NCBI GenBank assembly: GCA_050084985.1
Contig: JBITNC010000001.1
Location: 101,618,001 to 101,682,000, forward strand
DNA: 64,000 nt
Reading direction: 5' to 3'
Source: Nageia nagi
Lineage: Eukaryota; Plantae; Pinophyta
Each line of letters starts with the position of its first letter. The stretch's first letter is position 1. The notes beneath the pieces were generated by a model that worked only from the letters and a program-made list of their open reading frames with translations, did not search any database and was not told where the DNA came from. The position numbers were made by a program, and so were the translations under genes. This document shows, piece after piece, positions 13,753-27,096 of the stretch.

Positions 13753-14009
13753 TCAATACTATAAAGTCATTGTATTGAACTATTTGTTAGGAATCTTGTA
13801 TGATTATAGAGTGAAGATATGGAGCGGGATGTGTAAGAATTGCATGAAAGAAGAAATTCTAAATAAGAATTGCATGAAAGGAGAAATATTAAATATATTT
13901 AGTATTTCCCCTTTCATGTGATTCTTACACATCCCTCTCCATCTCTTCACTTTACAATCATACATGATTCCTGACAAATAGTTCAATACAATGATTTTAT
14001 AGTATTTGA
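13753..14009. mobile_element. Fold-back MITE (near-perfect palindrome)
   Basis: The left arm AATACTATAAAGTCATTGTATTGAACTATTTG... is the reverse complement of the right arm ...CAAATAGTTCAATACAATGATTTTATAGTATT. Flanks CCTTATTT / CATTATTT form a 7/8 TSD. A 30 bp tandem duplication sits in the left arm. Confidence 0.8.
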
Positions 14010-15169
14010 CATTATTTATATATATTTTTTAAATATTAAAATTTTAAGGCTATTTTAGATTGCCTCTAAAGGGTTTTTGAGGTGATATTTTTAAGGCAAT
14101 ATTTTAGGTTTTGGAGGTGATTTTAAATCCCCTTCGTAAGTTTCTTTTGGAGGTAGTTTTAATCTTATGCTAAATCCTTTTTTCAAGTAATTTTTATGAG
14201 TGGTTTTACATTTGAGAAAATTTTGTACCATATGGTGGTGTTTATAAATTACCTCTATGGGGTATCAACTTTTGATGACACCTGTATAGATGAAAGCTTG
14301 ATAACCATCGATAAATGGATTAGGTGGTGGTTTAAAATTTCCCTCAAAGGCCCTTTTTGATCTATTGCAAATCTATGATCTTTTTCTTATTTTATAACCT
14401 AATAATTATGAAAATGCACTTAAATATAATTAATATAACTCATATAATAATATTCATGCTCCTACATGTAACAACATTACTAGTTCCCACTCTTGAATAA
14501 AAATAAATAAATAAATGCAAAACCAAAATTGAGACACACATATTTATATTTGTTCCTCTTAATATGAGTGTACATCTAATTTAATGGAGATATTATATTT
14601 ATTGGCTAATGAACATTACAACAATGCAATATTATGAAGAAAATACTATCTCACAATAACCTAGAATACTCCTTATTGATACTACAACATTTTGAACCAA
14701 AACATCCATATTCCTTATCTATCAATTAACTGAATGGAAGAAGTGTTAACACAAAGGTAAAAATGGTATGGCTTATTAATTTTTCAACCTCTACGATCTT
14801 TAAAACTCCTTAATAAATTTTTATCAACATTGCACTCTCAATCCTCCATATATTGACCCAACAACATACTAACAATCCTCCATGAGTTCCCACAAAAGTA
14901 CTAATTTCAACAATGGATACTTCTGATCTTGCAACTATAGTGTGAGCATTGTAAATATATTTTTGGAAAGGTGTGTGCATTCTTCTTTGTATATGGAAAC
15001 TAAATGGAACTTAACCATATTGAACTAGACTATATTAAGATCTAAATATGAATATCCCTAATGATAATCTCCACTACAATGAACTCTTATTTCCTCAAAT
15101 AGCTTGTTGTACAACTTCTAAACCTCAAACATTGAGAAGGATAAAAATTATATTGAACTATTGTATAAA

Positions 15170-18100
15170 TCTAGTTGTGAAGAAGAAGCCATTGCGTGGA
15201 AATACTTGATGCCATACTAGTTTTTGAATTACTTTGGATGGACAATGTCTGCTATTCAGAGAGGAAAGCCACGTCATTGGTAACCTGAATAGTCAAATTG
15301 CATGAGGAGAGGTATGCTACTACATGAATGAAAAGAGCCTAGAGTAGTCAAAGAAGATGCCAAATTTTCATTTTTTTGTGATGCATCTAATGAATGGATA
15401 GAGAAGTTATGCTCAACATTCGAAGGAAATCTTTCCTCGAATGAATCTAGTTGTGAAGAAGAAGCATGGTAGATCTACTGAATAGTGGAAGAGAAGGTGA
15501 GTGTGCAAATGCAATAAATGAGTACATGGAGCATTGAATACTAGTAAGAATTTATTAAAAATGGTGCTCATGTTTTTGAGGTCTATGTCCATCCTAGAAG
15601 AGGCCCATGTTTGCATTACAAAGGAGAGTAACTTGGATTATGATCAGGGTAGAAGGTTACCATGCAACAATTTTTAATTTTTTAGCAAATGAAAATGCTA
15701 AGAATTTTGATGAATATGTGCCTCTATATGGATTGAATACCATTTTTCATGGAATTCAAACTTGGGTAGAAAAAGTTCAACTTATACCTGAAGGATACAA
15801 AAGTAATTTTGATGATGCATATTTTGATAGTGCTCCCACTTCAATTTATTCTGAAGATGTTGACTACATTCCTTAAACTTGTGTGAACTTGAGAAATTTG
15901 CTCATGAGGTATATCCAAAATCTGAGTCTATCGATGACTATACATGTGTACCTATAGAACCTGAGGTAATCATCATCAGTGATAGTGAAGATGAAGAACC
16001 TAAGATTATTACAATCAATGATAGTGATGAAGATCTCTCTCCATATACTCCAAAACTTGTGATAGTGAGTGATAATGATACTGCATATAAAGAAAGTGAT
16101 ACAATGGAAGTAGAACCATATTGGTTTGACCTAATATATAATCTTGCATTATTTCTTGTTGAAGAATAATTGCTTTGTTTTCCAAAGCACACTAATAAAG
16201 TTGAATATTTTTTAGTATAAGGTCATGATGGAAAATATGTTTACAAACTTGGAGGTGCCAAGTTTAAATGAAGAAATTATACTAGGTGGAGAATAATAAT
16301 GTATAATTTTTTGATTACCAAAGGTTTATGGGAAACTATTGAAGATGGCTATGAAGAACCCATATGGAGCAAGCTATAAGGTGAAGATAGAAAAGAACAT
16401 AAAGAGAAGCAATATGCAAATTGTTTAGCTCTTATGGATTTGAGGAGATGAGTTGAAAAGAGTGTTTTTCCTCTTATAGATATTTGTAAGATAGCCACAA
16501 GTGCATGGAATGTGTTGAAGAATGCTTATGAGTTTCATGAAGCCAATCATAAAGCAATATGTAACAATCTCCAAAGTGAGGAGGAGCCTTGTTTTCTTGG
16601 AGATGACTTTGAAGATCCTTTTGAAGGAGCTTTTGACAAGTCTTGGGAAGACTCATATGAAGACATAACTTGTGATGGTGAATTATTCCTAGATGAGGAA
16701 GACATATTTGAAGATAATTCTTGTACAAAAGAATGTGCAGAATCCTTTCATGGAGAGAAGGATGAATGCAAGATCAATTTTTGTTAAACTCTCATTGAGG
16801 AGAGTTATATTGAAGAAGAAGACCACCTAGATGTGGTGGATGTTGAATTCTACCAAGGTTTCACTTATCACATTAAAGAAGAAAACCCCATTGATCCTCC
16901 AGATGATGGATGTGCAGAGGTTTGTTGAAAAGATTTTGAAGTTTCTCCAAAGGGGGAACAATGTGATAAAGTTGGAGAATCTCCAAATAGGGGGAAATTT
17001 TATGATCTGCATGATAGTGATGAGATAGATATTGAGGAGTTTTCTTCTATAGTGACTATAGAACCTTTAATAGACTTTGAGGTATTTCACTCACATGGTA
17101 TGATGGCAAAATTTGAACATGAAAGTTACCCTCAAGAGGCAAAAAGAGAAGACCATTGAATTGAATACCATTCATTTGGAATAGATGTGTGCTCTCTTGA
17201 AAGAGTAAATGAAAATTTAATAGATGCAAAGCTAGAAACTCACTCCTTGAGAGTGAATTATGATTGTAATAAGGCTCAAACTATGTGGGATGTTGACCCA
17301 CTTGAGGAGATTAATGAAGATGAGATGAGAGCTATTATCTCTATGCTCCATGAAGATCACTCATCAAGAGTGAAAGATGTAGTGTGTAAAGCAAATAACA
17401 CACAAGAAAATGATGAAGGCTACCTCATGGGTGAGATAGAATAAGAAGAAGGATGTAGTCAACATTTTGAAGAATGTTCCTTCTACATTGTTTATGTTGA
17501 AAAATAGATTGCTTCCTTTAAAACACAGATGTAGGAACGATTCTTTAAAATAAATTTAAAAGAAGAAAGTGAAAAGGCAACACCAATAAGGTGTTGGAAA
17601 TGGATGGATGAATTTAGAGAAATTCATGATGAATACCAAAGTGTTGAAGAAAAAGAAATGGTAGCTCTTAAAGCAACAAACAATGAAAATAATGTGCCAC
17701 AAAATAGCTTTATGGGGAGCATCAAATCTAATCACATTGGAGGTAATATTTTTATGATTAATGATTTGTTTTATGTGAATAGGTATTTGAATAATGATGG
17801 TAAATGTCAAAAAATGACATCAAATGAAGACTTGCATTATTTTCAAGAAGCACATCTCTCATAGAAATATCCCATTGCAAGCTTGGAGGCTTGCCCTATG
17901 AAGATTGTCCCAAATACAAGTATTGTGAGCTTGAGTCACTTGGACTCAAATGACATCAAACAAAATAAGGTGTTTAAAATTACATGACATATAAGAAATA
18001 ATGTAAAATCATTGTGTTGAGTAGAACTATGTGTGAGGAGCAACACTATGTTGCATATGTAATTGATCATTTCATGGCCATGTATGTGTTGATTTTATGT

Positions 18101-18800
18101 GTGAAGATTGCTGAGAGTGTTGTAATGTACAATAATCTATGTGAGATGATTAATCTCATCTCATACTCATTGGGGATACAAATATGTAATGTTATCAAGA
18201 ATGAAGACTTGAATGTATGGTTTGAAGACCACAAAGCAAACAAACAAGGGTGGTTATCCAACACCACATTTGAAGAGATTCTTGATGAAGGGGTAGTTAT
18301 TCATCCAAAATACTTCAAGGACAAAGCAAAAGACATGGAGACCAATCCACATGAAAAACAAAAGCATGGTGAGTGGCATGATGAGAGTGCCATATTTTTT
18401 GGTATTGAATATTTTCTTCAAACCAATTGGAAGAAGTGAAAAAAAAGATTTTTATTTGTGTGATGCTTAAGAAATCCTAAAATGAATTCCTTTTGCATCA
18501 AGGAGGATAATGTTAGAATATGATATAGCATTATATATATCTAGCATTTTCCTAAGTCTATGTATGCATAAATATTTAGATATGTAGGCAAGAAAGTGAT
18601 ATGTCTTATTTTGCTATAATTAAGACCTAGTCATATAGCTTAGTCAGTTAGACTTATTTTGTCATAGCCTATGAATAGAGTCTAGTGCTATTAGTTTGGT
18701 CTAGTGATATTTCTTAGGTTACTCTAGCACTATAAAATGTAATAATTTTGATAATAATATTAAGTTCTTTTTTGGATTCTCATAGGGGAAAATATTAAAT
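15170..18800 (+). mobile_element. Degenerate pol-less copia-type element: upstream acidic ORF, gag N-terminus, acidic/hydrophobic region, PPT and truncated 3' LTR
   Basis: gag N-terminus LEVPSL..NYTRWRIIMYNFLITKGLWETIEDGYEEP at ~16250-16360. PPT AAGGAGGATAA then TGTTAG at 18511. No 5' LTR or PBS identified; outer limits approximate. Confidence 0.65.
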
Positions 18801-21035
18801 TTCAACCCTACTAGGAAGGTACATATGAACCCCATTACATTTATTACTCCTTGTAAACTTAGAGAAGCCTTATTAATTCCAATGCCAGTAGGGTGGGTTT
18901 GCTAGTATTCACAACATGGGTGCTCTACATTGTGTAAAGAAACATGAAAACCCCCATAATGGCTCTATTTTACAAGATGTGATGGATCTTAGCAGGGCTA
19001 GTAAAATCTCCATTGACATGATGAAGATCATGCTGTTAGGCCCAAAGTTAGAGAAAAAAATGTAAAGCAATAGAGCATAATGAAGGTGATGTGGTTCCCA
19101 TGACAAAAGGAGTCCTTGCACTTATGGTCAATCCAATGGTAGAAGGGGATTGATGGGGAAAACATGAAGATGACTATGAATGAGAAGCATATGAAATGTA
19201 ATGAATCACTAAGTAATAAAGTCCATTGAAGTCTATGGAAGCTAAAATTAAACAATGGCTACATAAAAATTATTTACAAATAAAAACATCCATTTTCCTA
19301 TATGTGAAGATAATTAAATAAGACCACAATAAAACATTGAAAAGTAATTTGTAAAGTTGATTGAGCAATCCATGGAGGTTGATGTTATGGCTACAACAAA
19401 CTTCATGAAGCTTGATCATCATTATGTGCCATTATCATCCTTGTCAAAGGAAAAGAAAAATTCTATAAGGTTATCCTAGTTGTGGTCAATGTCTACATTT
19501 TCCACCTTGTCTGACATGATGATGTTGAGAAGCTCCATGATGTTGATGAGATAATTGTTGGTGCACACATTATGGAGGAGGGTATCCAATTGGTCTTCGT
19601 ATCTTATTTTGGATTCCACTATTGAATCACAAGCTTGATGAAGCCCTGAATATTGTTCCCTTCTTGTGTCGCTTCACTTCTCCCTTCCCCAACCGCTTTG
19701 CACTCTTTTCCTGCCAAGACATTTTACTTTCCCTTTAGATTCCTTTTCCCACTCTTTTCTTCTAACTCAATCCTTTTAAATTAAAATATCCCTATTTTAT
19801 AGCATGGCATGCCTACATTAAAAAAGGTTCACACTCCTCCTCCACCGTTGGATACCATCGATGCCATAATCTATGTCATGTATGGAAATTAATTATCAAC
19901 TATTGGATTTCCTCCCTGCTCAAGTAAAGGTCATGGATGGAGTCTTCTCATTTGACAAATTCAATTTTAGTTGTACTCTATGATGGAAAAATAATGATTA
20001 ATAGTAAATAAAAAAAAAGTAGTAAAATGTTTAGCATTTAAAATAATTTCTTAATTTCTTTAAATAGTTATTTTTATTATTTTAATAATATATTTATAAT
20101 GTTTATTTATTATTTTAATAGCATTTTATTTCAATTAAGTATTTGAATTATTATTTTTTATGTAGTTAAATTATATAATAAAATATCAAGCTTGTTTTGG
20201 TTATGTTATGTTTATTTTTATTTTTAAAGGACTTAAAAATAGAGATCAACAACATATGAATATAGCTTTAGATCTTTCAAATTTAAATAACATCTATAAT
20301 ATTGAAAAATAAGTTATTTGTGCTTACAAAATGTTTGCTCATAGTTAATATAATATTTTTGGTATTTACCAAAAAAGGCTATCTATTCTTGAGAAATAAC
20401 ATATGCTTGCTCTCTTAGTTTTCAAAGTTTCAAAGCAAGCAAATTGAAGGGTATATGAAATTAATGGTATCATATCATGGAAGTATAAAAAATGATTAAA
20501 CATGTTGAATCGCAAGAAAGGTTAAAAATAATTTCAATAAATTTTTCAATTGCTTCTTCTATCTCCTTCCTCCTACAATACCTTGGACAAATTCCTTGCC
20601 ACTCAATTAAATATAATTTCAATTTATTTTTTTCCTTTTTAAAAAATATATGATTTGAATTAAAAAATGATTGATAAAATAAATGATTTTATTTTATTTT
20701 TCATAATTTATTATTTATCAAAAAAAAAATAGTCCAAAGGAGTTTATAATTAACTCAATAAAATGATTATTAATATAGTTGAGGGAACTTGAGAAATTAA
20801 AGTTATAATATATTTAGAATACAAAATCAAATATAACATTGACCCTAACCAAATGCACCTCCTCTTCTTTTTTATATGAGTATAATATATTGCATTAATT
20901 TTAAACACCCCTACCCCCCTCCCCCTATAAAATACTTACCGATATATCAATAGTTCAACTTGATATTAAAAATACACCTTGGTAGGACTCATGTGGTATT
21001 TACCATTTCCTAATAGTGACCCCCCATGGGTAAAT

Positions 21036-24000
21036 CTAAACCTAAGATAGTGGTAAATTATATGAATGTTTAGCTTTTGTAATTATGTATAAGACTTCCA
21101 CTTTTTTGAGAGTTCAATAATCTTATCAAGTTTATTGTAACATTGGATGAGTTGAACCTTGATAGTTGTTACTTGAATGAATCTATTGAGATTCTACATT
21201 TGGTATCAAAAATTTTATCAGAGCTATGTTAAAAATTATGAGATGTATTCAAGATTTAGTTTTCAATTCTTGTATAATATTTATGAACTCTCTACAAAAG
21301 TGATTGCTTTTTATTATTAGTATAATGAACAACAACAACAATAACTATAAATTGGAATCTCCAAAATTTGTTGGAGAAGATTATATATTTTGGAATGGAA
21401 AAATGAAGACATTCTTGATTGCCAAAGGAATTTAAGATAACATCATTGATGGATATGAGTAACCAAAAGATTGGATCAATCTTGTAGGAGAGGAAAAAAG
21501 CAAGAAAAAGGAGGAGAAACATTAAAAGTACTTGGTACTATAAGGGATTAGAAATAGTATGAAAAAGAATATTTTTCCACTCATTGCAAGTTGTATGAAA
21601 ACTACAAGTGAATGGGAAATATTGCAAGAAGTTTTTGGGAACTCTTGTGAGCTTGTGTGTGAAGATTGTATGACCAAGAAGGAGCCTTATATTCTTAAGT
21701 GGCCTTGTGTTGAAGCTTGTTAACTATTTTAATAAAAAGAGAATTATGATGAATATTATTATGAGAAACCATGTGAGATACTCATTGTTGGAGGTATGTA
21801 TTGTGATGAAGGTATGCAATATTGTACTAATAAATTATTTCTTATAGAGGGATAATATGATGAAAATAAAAATTGTGTTATGGGAATGGAACATTTAGTA
21901 AGCATGCACATTGATAAAAAAATATGATGAATGTCTCATTGCAGAGATAATGGATAAAGAATCATTCTATGAGAATGATGAATATTATGTTGATGACCAC
22001 TCCAAAGTGGAATATTACTTATTTGAAGACCAAAAAGATGAGGTGGAGTTACATGAAGAGTGTCTTATGGAGAATGCACAATCTTTTGTTGATTCAAAAT
22101 GTCTCATGGAGGAGACATATGTTGAATAATATATCATGGAGGAGACATAATTTGTTGAAGAGGATTCATACCATGGATACAAATCTATTCTCATGGAAAA
22201 GAATGTTGAAGATAAGGAGTACTATTGGAAAGAAGGTGAATAACATTTTTTCATATAAGAATGCTAGAATAAATACCATTTAGTTAGAATGGAAGAGTGT
22301 ATTCCTTAATGACAAATTTGATTTATTTTCTTGAAGAACATTCACATTTTGTGGATGGAAATTATGAAACTCACTCATTAAGAGTGAATGATGATTATCT
22401 TGTTGAGAAGATAGATTCTATGGGATGATTTCCCAAGTACTAAAGAGGAAAAAGAGATGCAAGCTACTAGCTTCATATTTAAAAATTGTTCATTAAGAGT
22501 GAAACATATTTTATGTAAAACTAAAAAGAAAAAGAAAAAGAAATTGGTGAGTTTCATGTTATAATGAAAATGGGCCCATTAATGGAGAAAGATGAAGTGT
22601 GCTTACATGGAGTGAAAAATTGGAGAATGATATTTTTCTTATAGAGGAAACATTGTGAAAAGAGATACCATAAAGGTATATTAATATGGATGAAGGAATC
22701 ATATAGATATAGCAGCATGAGTTCATGGGAAACAAAAAGGAAAAACTTTGGCATCATATTCATCAAAGCATCATTAGAGTTGAAGAGTTTTTGATATTTG
22801 GTTTGTTTGCTAATGATTTTTTGAATAGATATATTATGGATAATATGAATGTTGTTGTTGTGAATAAGGAAGATGGAGAATATCTTATAAAGATATCATT
22901 TTAAACCAAAGCCAAATTTGAGAATTATCTTATGAAGAGAAAATTAAAGTAAGATCTTCTTGGAATGAGGATAATGGTGGATAACTTGGATCTCTTAAAA
23001 TCAAGTAATGATAATTTATTTAATGTAATCCCTTCAAAGAATAAATCTTATACAACAATTATGAGGAGTGATATTTTATGTTAGGAGAAACATTTGATTT
23101 TTGCATATGTAATAAGTTACATCATGGCTTTATGTTGTTTAAAATTTTCTGTAGACATATGTGAGAGAGTAATGTGGTTTAATTATATATGTGATATGGT
23201 TAACTATTGTAAATACACAACTTTATGAGTATGGTGTAGATATATGTGAAATGATGAGCAAGAATGGCCATTGAGAATCATTACTATTGGCATTGGTGGA
23301 ATGTCACTACATGAAGCTTTTGATGAAGGGGGAGTAACTCTCAAAAGGAACTCAATAATTTGTGAGAAGAAGTAACAAAGATGGATGAAATTCCACATAG
23401 AAAATGGAAGGAGTGTCAAAGATGTTTTTAATTTTTTGATTCAAGATTGGAGGAAATGAAAAAGAATTAATTTATTCCAAGTTTTTGATTCTTTTGAACT
23501 CATTGAAGAGTTCCTTCAATATCAAGGGGGAGAATGTTGTAAACTTGGAATCATCAAAGATCAAAATTTGATATGAAGACTAAGTTTTCCTACACTCTTC
23601 TCAGAAACATATCCCTACTTGCATTTCATCACATCCAAACATAGCCCCTATCACATTTCTAACCTAACATTTCCATGTTTAAGGAATGTGACCATGTTTC
23701 ATCAGAGAGTCATATTTTGATCATCTTTTCTAATTTTTGCTTATTTTGGGAAAATTTGACCAACTATATTGGTTTAGCTCAATGTGCTAGTTGTCTTGGA
23801 TTCATAGCTATAATGTCTACTATGTTTGGTGTGATTTAGGATAGGATTTGAAAGTTATTTTGATTTATTTTTTAATTTGTAGATTGGATTGTAATAATTG
23901 TTTAGGTTATCCTTCTCAATTATTTGAGTCTATTCTAGTTTTTTCAGAAAACTATATAAGCATGTATCCCTTTCATTTTTCATTAAGTAGATCATGTAGA

Positions 24001-24464
24001 ACAAGTACATAGTATATGTAAGGTGTTAGAGAGATATTTTGAGAGATCTATGAAGAGCATAGTATTATTTAAGATGTAGAATATGTTTGTTCTTTGTGAG
24101 AGAAAGTATAGATATATAGTTTTATATTCTATTAGAATATGTACAAAGTTCATTGTATATAATTATGTATTTTTCACCAATACAAAGTATGTTCACTACA
24201 AAAATCTCATTATAATTTGTTTCTCCATTGTTATGTATTGATTTAGCTCCAAGGTTTGTTCAAATTACTTCATTTGTTCATTATAAATGTTTGGTTAAAA
24301 TAAAATCTAAGATCTTGGGTAAATTATATGAATTTTTAGCTCTTGTAATTATGTATAAGACTTCCACTTTTTTGAGAGTTCAACAATCTTATCAAGTTTA
24401 TTACAACATTTATTGAGCTAAACCTTGAGAGTTGTTAATGCAGTAAATCTATTAGGATTTTACA
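21036..24464 (+). mobile_element. Pol-less copia-type LTR element (5' LTR remnant, PBS, gag, acidic/hydrophobic region, PPT, full 3' LTR)
   Basis: 5' LTR remnant ~21036-21198 matches ~24300-24464. PBS TGGTATCA at 21201 (tRNA-iMet type). gag LESPKFVGEDYIFWNGKMKTFLIAKG at ~21352. PPT AAGGGGGAGAA then 3' LTR TGTTG...TTACA at 23535-24464. Confidence 0.85.
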
Positions 24465-24499
24465 AGATAAACCTCTATTTGCCTTATTTTTTTAAAGTG

Positions 24500-25650
24500 A
24501 ACATTAGGGCCAACTTTGAGAGGGATATACAAGAACAATGAAGTTTGAATGAGTGGTTATCTTCCACACCAAGAATGGGAGAAGATGGTGGAACATGTTT
24601 CTCTACAACAACTGAAGGAAATGATGAGCCTAACTAGATGAAAGCCACAATGGTTATAAAAGGGGTCTGGGGGCATGGTTTATATCAAGAGATGGATAAA
24701 TAACAAGATTAACTTGGTAGAGTTTCCCTTTATAAGAAATCACATGACTATATTGTTGAGGATCGATAATGGTCTCTTATTCCCTAGGCTGGAAATTATG
24801 CTAGTTTCATGTAGTGGTCCATTCCTCTTTGGCCACCTTTATTATTAGAAGCCAGGTCTAAATATATTGGAGGTGGAGGGGAGATATTATCCTTGAATTT
24901 TCCCACAATGATAAGGAATTATTTAATCTTATGAATAACTAATTGATAATAGTAATAAGTATTCGATAGGTTGATATACAGAACCCTTTGACAAATAGAA
25001 ATTTCTCCTATATTGATGTCATTACATTCATGGAGGTCCTTGGTAAGGTCTACTTTGATTAAACACCTCTTAGCTAGATTAGTCAAGAATAACTTATTGG
25101 GTTTAAAATATAAAAAATTTCCTAGAGAAGAAACTAGGGTACGTAAAAAGTTCCATAGACAAAAAAAAATACCAAGGAACTCTACCCAAATTGGGACTTT
25201 AGTAGAAGCTTCATCACTCATAGTAAAAACCATAGTATAGATTTGTATAATCGAAAGATAATTATGAACCCTCTATGATCCCTTACTAAGCACCTTATGT
25301 GCATGTACAAGTTCAATAAAATGGAACAAGAAATACCCTTTGGTAATATTTTGAATGTTTTCAATCTTGATACCATATGGACTCTAAACTTGATTAACCC
25401 ACACATGCAATAAAGTATCATTGGTGATTGTATGCAAAAAATAACCCAAAAAGGTATGAAATTTAAACCATTAATAAGAAGAATGAAACTCTTCAATGAG
25501 AAGCAAAGCTTAAGGGATAAAAAATTTACCATGTGAACGTCTTTCAAAAGTACCTTATGAAGATGTTTTCCTAGCATCATGTTGAGCTCCAACAACTTCA
25601 ATATTAACAAAAGTACTTCTATAAGTGATCATAATTATATTAGGTATGAA
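24500..25650 (-). pseudogene. LINE ORF1 remnant (DUF4283/RRM-like domain plus zinc-knuckle position)
   Basis: ORF 24919-25233: KVPIWVEFLG...LVSSLGNFL...RCLIKVDLTKDL...QRVLYINL, the typical plant L1 ORF1 pattern. Confidence 0.8.
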
Positions 25651-25671
25651 CCATCACCTAAGGTGGCATTA

Positions 25672-26825
25672 TGTAACATTATATCTTATAAAAGATAATT
25701 AATTATATAATCCCATGGATCCCCTCTTGTAAATATTTACTTATTTATGTATGTATTTGTTGTTAATACTTGGGATAGAAATAATAATGATCTATTAAAC
25801 CCCACTATGAGCCCCAAGTGGGACATATTCCTCCCAAGCATAGGCTATCATGATTTAATATTATTTTATGTACTTGGAGATCCTAAGAATTGATTGTGGG
25901 AATCCTAAGACCTTGTATGGACATGAAAATAGGATCTAGGCACATGTATGACTCTTAGAAACCCAACACATGATATGGGGTGACTTTTAATACCCCAACA
26001 TTGGATTTGTAGTCATCCCATCACCCTTAGAGGTCTACATCATACCTTATAGAGGATATACACCCATGCATGGGAATTTATGATATGTTTGAGGCATTTG
26101 AGGGCCCATAGGAGGCTAATGTTGGATAGGGAAAGCATGGATGATTATGAGATGATAATATAGATCCAAAATTGAGCTATATTAGGTGTTAGAGTATAAT
26201 TGTAGGGATATATTGATATTAATATTATTTTTCCTACCATACAGTGGACACAAGTCTTGGTGTAGCATCAAGCAATCTTCCCTTAGGTGCAACATCTAGG
26301 AGGGTTAGCATGCTGAGGGATCTTCCTAATCTATAGATAAGGTGTAGCATATTAGTCCATCAATGGTATTTCAAGGTTGTAGTACTATCATTTAGTTGAT
26401 TTCTAGGGTTTGGAGAGAGCTCCTTTGGTGGAGAGGATTCAAATATTGAGGGAGTGTAGTTGTACCATCCATTGGTCTAATAATGATCACATTTGCATAT
26501 TCATATGCCTTAGTTGACTCCTTAGAGCCAACATTAAGCCTTATTGGTCCTGGTTCATATTGTACTTCACATTCTATGATTAATAAAGGTTGTGGCATAC
26601 TTGGATCTTATTCTATCTCATCATTGTGTGCGTTTTGTGCAATATTATATCATTGTGCATGATATTGGGTATTCAAGTGATTTTGGGCTTGTTAAGTAAG
26701 AAGTTGGCATTCTTGGCTTTTATTTGTATGTAATTGATGCCTTAGTCTAGATGTAGGTGTAATTTTGGTATAAATTGATAATTTACTAGCTAATTTGCAC
26801 TTTAGATTATATTTAGGATCTTACA
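25672..26825. mobile_element. Solo LTR (1154 bp)
   Basis: TGTAAC...CTTACA termini with a perfect 5 bp TSD CATTA at 25667-25671 and 26826-26830. Confidence 0.8.
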
Positions 26826-27096
26826 CATTAATGTAAATACATGGTAAAAAGCATGAATCTCTTGTAATAATTCAAAGGAGTTGGTAGTATGATAGGAATT
26901 ATTAGGAAACCCTAAGGAATGGTGCATGCATATAAGACTAAGGACTCGAATCTTGACTTTTCTTCTTGAACTTTAACATAACTATTTTATTTGCATTTAT
27001 GTGTAATAGTTAAGCTTACTTTTATATTATGATTTTCACTAACAATTAATCTTCATAATTATAAAAACTTTAAATCTTTATTTCTTACATCATATA

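Noticed and set aside
14050-14360. GAGGTGRTTTT-type repeats as CACTA subterminal repeats
   Set aside because: No CACTA terminus was found, so the pattern is too degenerate to call.
26935-26960. Isolated B-box-like motifs (rc of GGACTCGAATC here, and GGATTCGAAC at ~9522) as SINEs
   Set aside because: I could not identify an A-box, tail or TSD.
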